From Catajapyx aquilonaris (Eukaryota): DNA of 48,296 nucleotides. A program made the translations under genes and the position numbers. The DNA is taken from contig JYFJ02002962.1 in the NCBI GenBank assembly GCA_000934665.2, positions 1 through 48,296 on the forward strand. The letters run 5' to 3'. The notes under the pieces were generated by a model. The model saw nothing but the letters and a program-made list of their open reading frames with translations. It did no database searches and was not told where the DNA came from. Below, piece after piece: positions 25,501 through 34,500 of this stretch. Position 1 is the stretch's first letter. Each line of letters opens with the position of its first letter.

Positions 25501-28500
25501 AGCTGGTGCGACCGTTTCAGGTGCATCTGGCGGCATCTGCGAAAAGTACAAAACCTACACGGAGACGGTGGGAGGAGTGTATCAATCAACACAGCGCAGT
25601 TTAAACACGGGTATCATAACTTTTGTGAATTACAACAGCCGAGTTCCACCAAAAGTGTCGCAGTTGACTCTGGCACATGAAATTGGGCACAACTTCGGAT
25701 CCCCGGTAAGTCGGTGTGCGCTGTATTCATCAGGCAAATGTGTGACTATGCCCAAGTGCTTTTTCATGTAGTAGATTTAAGAGACCCTTTTGGGTAGCAA
25801 CTGTGAAAATCAAAGGGGGTTGAATGGGGTAGAGCAGGTATTTTAAAAAGGGAGGGTGAGGGTAGATGTTTGTTGAGTTTGGGTGAAACCAGGCTAGTGT
25901 ATTTAGGGCCGGTTTCACCGAGCTTGGTATATGATAAAACCAGGTTTCTTTAGGAAAATCCATACAAATAGATAGGGATTTTGAGAAATACCCTGGTTTT
26001 ATCATATACTGAGCTCGGTGAAACCGGCCCTTAGTGTTGAAACAGACTAATAGGTTTGCTGTAGCCTGTAGGCACTCAGTTGGTCACAGTGATTATGCCA
26101 GAAATGATGGCATCTTTTTGTGTTCTGTGTATAAAATGAGCATTTGCTAAGATTGGAGGACCTTTTTTGCAGCATGATTACCCACAAGAATGCCGTCCAG
26201 GAGGCCCGCAGGGAAATTTTATCATGTTTGCTTCTGCCACCAGTGGTGATCGGCCCAACAATAGCAAATTTTCACAGTGCAGTGTTCGTAATATCAGTGC
26301 AGTGTTGGATGCAATTCGTGAGCACAAAAAGAACAATTGCTTTACAGGTAATGCCACATTGCCCAACCTAATCATGCAGATTACTAATGTTCTGTGCTTT
26401 TCTCAGCCTCAAATGGCTCCTTTTGTGGTAACAAAATTGTGGAGGAAGGAGAGGAATGTGATTGTGGCTATGACAACGAAGAATGTTCAGAGGGCTGCTG
26501 TTATCCTCGGGTTGTCAGTGAGTACGACAAGTTTCACAACAGCTCAGCTGAAGGGTGCAGGAGGAGGCCTAACACTGAATGCAGGTGTGTACAATTGAGG
26601 TTGTGTGTGGCATTCTGAGACTGAACCAACTTTATACAGCCCCAGCCAAGGTCCCTGCTGTGAACCGTCTTGTCGTTTTGTGTCGAGTGGAGTGGGACAA
26701 GTATGCAAATTGGACTCCAACTGCAGTTACCAGTCCACTTGCAATGGGTCCAGTGCCTTGTGTCCCGATCCTATGCCAAAGGACAACCTGACCGAGTGCA
26801 ACGAAGGGACACAGGTATGGATTTCGGCTAAAATCAAGCGATGCAGAGTATTGAATGGTTTTGATTTTCCATTTGTAGGTGTGCATCAAAGGTGAATGCC
26901 TGGGCTCAATCTGCCTCAAACTGGGCCTTCAGGAGTGCTTCCTCACCAGTGACATGCCAAACATTGACAAGCGTAAGCTGTGTGAGCTGGCCTGCCAGAA
27001 TGGAACGGATGTTAATACTTGCAAGAGCACAAGTGAGTGGGCTCCTATGCGGAATCTAAAAGAGGGGATCAGTCTCAGGCCAGGCTCTCCATGTGATAAT
27101 TATCAGGTAGAGTGTTCAGTAATAATCTATCAAGAAAGGAAAATTACCGTCAAACCTTTCACAGGGCTACTGTGACGTTTTCCTGAAGTGCCGAGCAGTG
27201 GATGCAGAGGGCCCTCTTGCCCGCCTCAAGAACCTGATCTTTAACAGGGAGACACTACTCACCATAGCTCAATGGATCACTGTAAGTGATGGTGTTGCAG
27301 CAGTGCCATACTTTCTCAGTCCAGTTTGCCACAATTTTTCTAGTCTAGCATAGCTGAAATGAACAGACCTAAAAGAAATTAATGGGGGCATTTTCAACGT
27401 CCTGGTAAGCTGCGACGGAGCGGAGTTAGGTGGAGTGTGATGTCAAACATCCCCCCCCTCCTTTTGCTAGCTCTCCCATTTTCAACGTTGCGTAGCAAGA
27501 AGTGGACGGGTATCTTGCTAGCCACCCTCCCACCCGCTGCAATCAGCTCGGGGGTCGCCACAAGTTGCTAGCTAGCTCAACATGGCTGATTTCGTAGGGA
27601 CAGGGATGGTAGCAGTTCATGTCCTTATCGCGGATGAACTAGGGGAGGCCCATTTCAGGGCAAGACGCTTTATTTAGGGTGGCCCGATGCCTACAGACCC
27701 TGTGTTATTATTATGTGAGAAGCTAGGCTAATTGCTGCAGCTGAAAAGCACGTTGCATTCGAGGCACTGGCTGACACCGCAATTGAAAAATATCTGCAAC
27801 ACAGCTCCGCACCTAGATAATTGGTAGTACATTGTATTATCTTGATTAGACATTATTCAAAGCAGCAGTCAGTAGCATATGTAGTTCATTAAACATCTCT
27901 GGATAGTTAAGTTTTACAGTATATATAACAATTTTCGGGTTATCCGCATTTTCCTGTTTTCCGGGCACACCGGTTCATTAATTAGCACGGATAATCGTGA
28001 GTACAGTGTACTGCATAGGAGGGGGATGTGGAGTTCATCGACGAAACAAAGGAGACGGGGCAGAGGAGCACTGGGTGACGGCCCAAAAGAGACTGAAAGA
28101 GTGAAGGGTTGAAGGCCGCACTCGCAGCGCCTCCTATCGTGGGGAATTTTGAAAATTTGTATGCACGGCCCCCATTGGCTGGGTGGCTATATGACGTCAG
28201 TGTTGACCACAGAAACACCACACTTTTGGAGGGAAGACTGGGGGAGGAGCCTTACCCTTGCTAGCGGGTCATAGGGTGCGAGAGAGACAGTAAAAATCGC
28301 CTTGCTGCTACCTCTAGCAGCACCAGCAGCAACTTGTGACCGGAACGCCACTTCTGCTAGGACGTTGAAAATACAGTCCTAATATTGGAACTTGCTATTA
28401 TCTCAATGCAAAGACCTGCAAAATAATTCCTTCTGGTAACGAGAATTGTACCATAGACTAAATTGAGTGGATTGAAAAGCCATTTGAAAACATGCCATTA

Positions 28501-31500
28501 TTTTATCAAGGTTGTGGACAGCATCAGAAAAAATAACTTAAGCTCTGTAACCAACTCCATAGTTGATGTGCACAGTGTTGATGTGTGTGGTGAGCATACT
28601 AAGTATTTAAGCATCCAGTTCAGAGTTTTTGGTCCTTGAAATTAGAAAAGTTTTTAAATTCCGATTAGTGTTAATTTTTTGAGAGCATTCAGATTTGAAT
28701 GTTTCACTTAAACTGTTCTCAAATTCTCCCATTTAATTTTTTCCAAGGACTGGAAAAAAGTTGCAGACTCTCTAACATGCTTTGAGCAGCATTCATGTGA
28801 TTATACATAAAATGATTGGCTAATGGTAGCAGAATGGAGAGATTGGGTTGGGGTAGGGGGGCTTGTTGCTTGATGAAAAGGATGAACTCATTCTTGGAGT
28901 AGGCCTACCATAAGGCAGTTTTAGCATTTTTGTAGCCAACATATGGAGGCACAGGTGCAGCATTTTGGATGTAGCTGAAGGTACTATCAGTCCACCAAGA
29001 ATTGTCGCACGAACTACAGTCTACGAGCACTTCTCCATTGACTTCTCCCCCCGGAAGTGCTCGTAACTGTAGTTCGTGCGCTGCCGCTGCGACAATTCTT
29101 GGTGGACTGATAGTACCTAATGACTCATGGATATAAAAGATAGTTTCTCAGCAAATCACAATCCTGGAACTTTGCCAAAGTGTTGTGCTCGGGTCCCTAC
29201 ACCTTGGGGTTTATTAGAGCACAGGACTTTCCGTAGGGAACCAAGTCAAAGTATTTGCCCTACAGTTAATAAGTTGGGTTTCAACTGAGGGGGTAACCAC
29301 TTAGTGGAACCGGTGTACAGGGTCCGGAACTGGTGTACACTTTTTTGGAGAGTGGTTACCCCCTTGGTTTCAACTACCCCCCACCATTCAGGCATTTCCC
29401 CCAACCTGATGCCAGATTATGTTGTGAGCATGAAGACGTTATACATACAATAGAGCCAGAGGGGTATTGACAATATTTTCTAATTTAATTGCTTTCCAAA
29501 TGCAAGATTTTAAAATGCAACATAAATGGGGTTAATGGCATCTCCAAACATTTTCCCATGTTTGTTATGAAAATTTATGCAGATCTCCCAGCATGGCACA
29601 TGTTTATTCTTGTTCAATAGTGGTAAAATTTTTGGCTGCATAAGTAAATTACAATTGCCATGTAATAAAAGTACTCTTGAGGTAGTGGCAGGAGCTGTGT
29701 TAGCTCAATTTTCATGAAACTGGTGTCATTCCAGTCTGAGCATTGGTGCAAAGAGAAAAAGGTCCTATGAACTATATTATATTGAGCTTGGTTTGGGAGT
29801 TGCATGTAGTTTAAATTTTGAGGCAATGCATCTAGCATATATACCCTCATTTGAAAGGGACTTGACATGTAAACAGGCATTCCACATGCAGTGGGCCACT
29901 TTTTCGCTCCATCCATACTCATTTCACAATATTTCGTACACTTATACAGCTTCCACTTGGTAAGTGGAAACTGATCGAGAGGGCAGTACTGATGATATGC
30001 ATGTTTCGCCATCTACCGTCATCTACAGTAGGATCACGAAGTGCGATGATAAAAGGCATGGCCAAGTGTCCCCCCTCTCCCGCTCCTCTTTTTTCTCTTT
30101 GTTGCCATCACCCCCGCCTTCTTTTCACTTTGCTTTCCACCAATGGGCAAGAACTCGTCTACTGGCACATTGTTTTCCCCACCACAGGCCCAAAATCCTA
30201 TGTATAAAAAATGTGGAATGCAAGAGTGAAAAAAAGTTATGAGGTGTGAAAAATATAGGTAATGTGAGTCATCTGTAATAGGGTCCACAAGGGGGGTATC
30301 TGAGGTGACCTCACATCACTTCCGGGTTGTCACTTTTTTGGGTGTGGGTACACTTCCTTAACCTAAACACGGGAAAGTGTGGCCCACCGGGTCAAAATTT
30401 CATTATTTCTGCGATATCTTGCACTGCATACGAGATAAGGCCCAAAACAAAGGGCAGAAAATTTACGGAAAATTTCACTGTTCTACAAAAAAAGCCTTTT
30501 TTCTTGTCTGAAATAGTGAAAAGTGAAGACTTGTGTAAATTTCGCGCTGAATCCGATTCTCTGCTCGGAAGGTTTCTGTCAGGCGCAGCTTTTGAGAGAT
30601 ATCATTTTAAAGGTTGGACCAGTTTTCTAGGGGTCTTTCCGAATCAAGTGAGCCGAAATCTTTTTACATCATCTCGAATCTTGGTGAAAATAATCACATT
30701 TGCACAGACATATGCCATGTTGCTGCATATCAAGTTTCAGCGACATTTCGCAATACCATTGGGAGAGAAAAATGAGAAACTTTGAGAATAATTCTTGAGC
30801 ATGTGTCTGAGCAAGTGACCAATGAAATGTCAAAGGAATTTTAGTTACATTTTAGAAAAAAACTAATTCCATAGGTGCATTCTCCTTGTATATATCTTTC
30901 TTTTGATATATATGTTCATTGGGTTTTGACCAATTCCACTAACCTAAAAAATTCTCCAAATAAGGCAATTTTTGGCCATTTTCAAAGTTTCTCGATTTTT
31001 TTCCTCCCAATGGTATTGCGCGATGTGGCTGGAACTTGATATGCAGTGTTACGGCATAATTATGTCTGTCCATCTGTGATTATTTTCACCAAGATTCGAG
31101 ATGATGTAAAAAGATTTCGGCTCACTTGATTCGGAAAGACCCCTAGTATAAAACCGTTCCAAACTTTAAAACGATATATCTCAAAAACTGTGCCTGACAG
31201 AAACCTTCCGAGCAGAGATTCGGATTCAGAGTGGAATGTACAATAATATTCACTTTTCACATTTTCAGACAAAAATAGTATTTTTTTTCCTGTAGAACAG
31301 TGGAATTTTCAGTAATTTTATGCCCTTTGTTTTGGGCCTTATCTCGTAAGCGGTGCAAGATATCGCAGGAATAACGAAATTTTGACCCAAAGGGCCACAC
31401 TTTCCCGTGTTTAGGTTAGGGAAGTGTACCAAAAAAGTGACAACACGGAAGTGATGTGAGGTCACCTCAGATACACCCCTCGCCGACCCTATTACAGATG

Positions 31501-34500
31501 ACTCATGTGATCTATATTTTTCACATGTCATAAGGATCACCCAACACAACTTTTTTTCACTGTTGCATTCCAACTTTCAAAAAAAGTGTTTATTTGACCA
31601 CTCCTACTGTACAGGGTCACACAATGTCACTATTTTGTGTACAGGCCATACTTTCCAGATAGATATGGCTTGTAAATCCTAAGATCAAGTTTAGTTTGAT
31701 GCATTATTTCGAAAGCTCTTTTTAAGCTAATTTTTGTGAACAATTCTAATTTTTTGTCAGAATCAAAAATTAAACTCAAAATCTATACTCAAACTCCAAA
31801 TGGTTAAATTTTAAAATTTGGACATTTAAAACATCTTTGAAACATGGCTTAAAACACCCTTATGAAGTCAACTCGAGAGCTTCAGATTTCTAAAATGGAC
31901 CAAAGTACCATTTGTCAGCTGCAGGCCAAATACTACATACCAGTGGTGGTGGATTACCATATTCCTGTGCAACCATATTTTGGAGCCGAAAATTCTACGT
32001 AAATTCTACTCAAAGGCAAAAATTATATACGCTGGCATTGTACATATACTGGGCAATAAATTAGATCCCCCTCCATTAGAAGAGGTAAGGACTGAGTTCA
32101 TGTTTGCACTGGAAAAGATGTTTTGGGGGTGTTTACCTACAATGAATTGGGGCCTTTAGTTGAGGTGACTGTGCACTTAAACCAGCAAGGCTATATTCAG
32201 ATTCTGGACAATCAAGGGCTGCCTTTTGTTAAACATCTCAAGAGGAACACGTTTTGGGTACTCCTATCTGCCAGGGTGACGATTGCCGAGTGCACAAGGC
32301 CGAAACTGTGTGTATGTGTCTAAATGCTTGTTGTACATGGTTGGACATAAATCGAGGCATAGTGCTAGTGACATTTTCCGAAGCGGCAGAAGAATGACTC
32401 TCACTCGCCAGGCTTGCAGAATGCTTATCTTCGATTCCTTCTTCTGCCGCTCCGGAAAATGTCGCTAGCAGTATGCCTCGATATATGTCCAACACTGTAC
32501 AGTGGTGAAAATTAATGGATATCCACACGTGTCTCCTCCTGGCAGAGTTTTTCCTCTACGTGAAGCAGCTTCATGTAGAGGGAAAAGCCGCCTGATGGCC
32601 ATACTTGTGAATATTCATTAATTTCAACCACTGTACAACAAGCATTTAGAGACCCTCTCATACCTGGACTGGCTGGAAAAGTCCCCAGATTTGAATCCTA
32701 TTAAGAATCTGTAAGACTACTTGGAACAAGTAATAAAACATACTGGACTAAAAATTAGACCCTACTAGCACAGTATACCTAATATTCCTCTCTTGACCAA
32801 ATCACAGCAGCAGTTCTTTTCGGCATGGACTCCTCAAGTGTATGGGTGTAGGTGACATCAATGTGAAGCCACTTGGTTTGATGTCTGTGTCTGCTTTTTC
32901 CAAGTAGTCCCACAAATTTTCTATAGGATTCAAATCTGTGAATGTTGCTGGCTAGTCAAGGCGTTAGTGGGCGTTGGAATGCTCGTTATACCAATCACAA
33001 ATGGTTTTAGCCCTGAGCACTCAGCAATTGTTGTCCTGGAAGATTGTGGTATCTAGATTGCATTCCTCCTTGAGGTGCTGAACAATAGGCAAGGCTTGGT
33101 CATCCAGAATCGGAATATACTGTAGCCCTGCTGGTTCAAGTGTACAGTCACCTCAACGAAAGGCCCCAATTCATTGCGGGTAAGACACCCCCAAAACGTC
33201 TCCGTATGTGCAAACATGCAACTTAGTTTCTATATCATCTTGGGGAAGGGTCAAAAAAAAATTCCCCCAGGTTGTACAGTATAGGATTTAATAAGCTTTT
33301 TCCATACTCTCCTCTATGAACATCAATATATATATATATATATACAGGGTGGGTGGGAAGTAAGTAGGCACTGGGAAATGGCTGTAACTTCTATAGTTTT
33401 AATGCGAAGATAATGAAAATAACGTGTACATACACGTCACGAAATAGGATTCCATAATTCGCGCTTCGGAGGTGTGGTCAGTGGCCCAGAGAGGCGGCAC
33501 ACGCATTGGAAAAAAAGATGGCCGACCGCCTGACCGTTCCGGAGCGAGCTCAGATTATTGCTGCACGTATGAGGTGTGGGATTCGGCGATTGCTGTGCAG
33601 AGATGGTGGCGTTCGGTGCGGGGAAGAAATGCCACATTGCGTCTGGAGACAGTCAAGAAGTGTCATGCAAAACTTGTGACCACAGGTTCGGTTGCGGACA
33701 TCCGCAGAAGTTTCTCCTCGCATTGGGAAGTGGATGGACAGCCACTTCTGTGGATGTCCGCAACCGAACCTGTGGTCACAAGTTTTGCATGACACTTCTT
33801 GAATGTCTCCAGACGCAATGTGACAGTTCTTCCCCGCACCGAACGCCACCATCTCTGCACAGCAATCGCCGAATCCCACACCTCATACGTGCAGCAATAA
33901 TCTGAGCTCGCTCCGGAACAGTCAGGCGGTCGGCCATCTTTTTTTCCAATGCGTGTGCCGCCTCTCTCGGCCACTGACCACACCTCCGAAGCGCGAATTA
34001 TGGAATCCTATTTCGTGACGTGTATGTACACGTTATTTTCATTATCTTCGCATTAAAACAATAGAAGTTACAGCCATTTCCCAGGGCCTATATATATATT
34101 TTTTCATTACCCCACGGGGGGAGTTATACTACTCCTTAGGGGGGGTGGGTTGCCACCTTTGGAATTTGTTTTGGAGCGAGTTTAAGAATAATCTTAATTA
34201 GTATGCTCCAAGGGTGGGTGGGAGGGGATGTGCAAAGTGCAAGTGCAATGTCTCTAATCGTCATTTTGTGAACTCCCCCGGGTGGCTTAGTCTGCCGGAA
34301 ATTGCCACCCGAAACGAAGCCAGAGATGGCCCAACTCTGCACGAAAGAAGGTGGGAACCCCGGGTGGGGATTGAACCCGGGACCTTAACTTCCGTGGGCG
34401 CGCGCGTTACCGCGGCGCCACTCCGTCTCCCTATGAACATCAATATTTAAAAGGTTCCCTTCGAATATCCAACTAAAAATTGATTTTATATTTTTTTATT

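Noticed and set aside
30327..31573. Paralogous-looking ORFs on opposite strands
   Set aside because: Mirror products of the inverted arms; frames are not conserved between arms and there is no recognisable domain.
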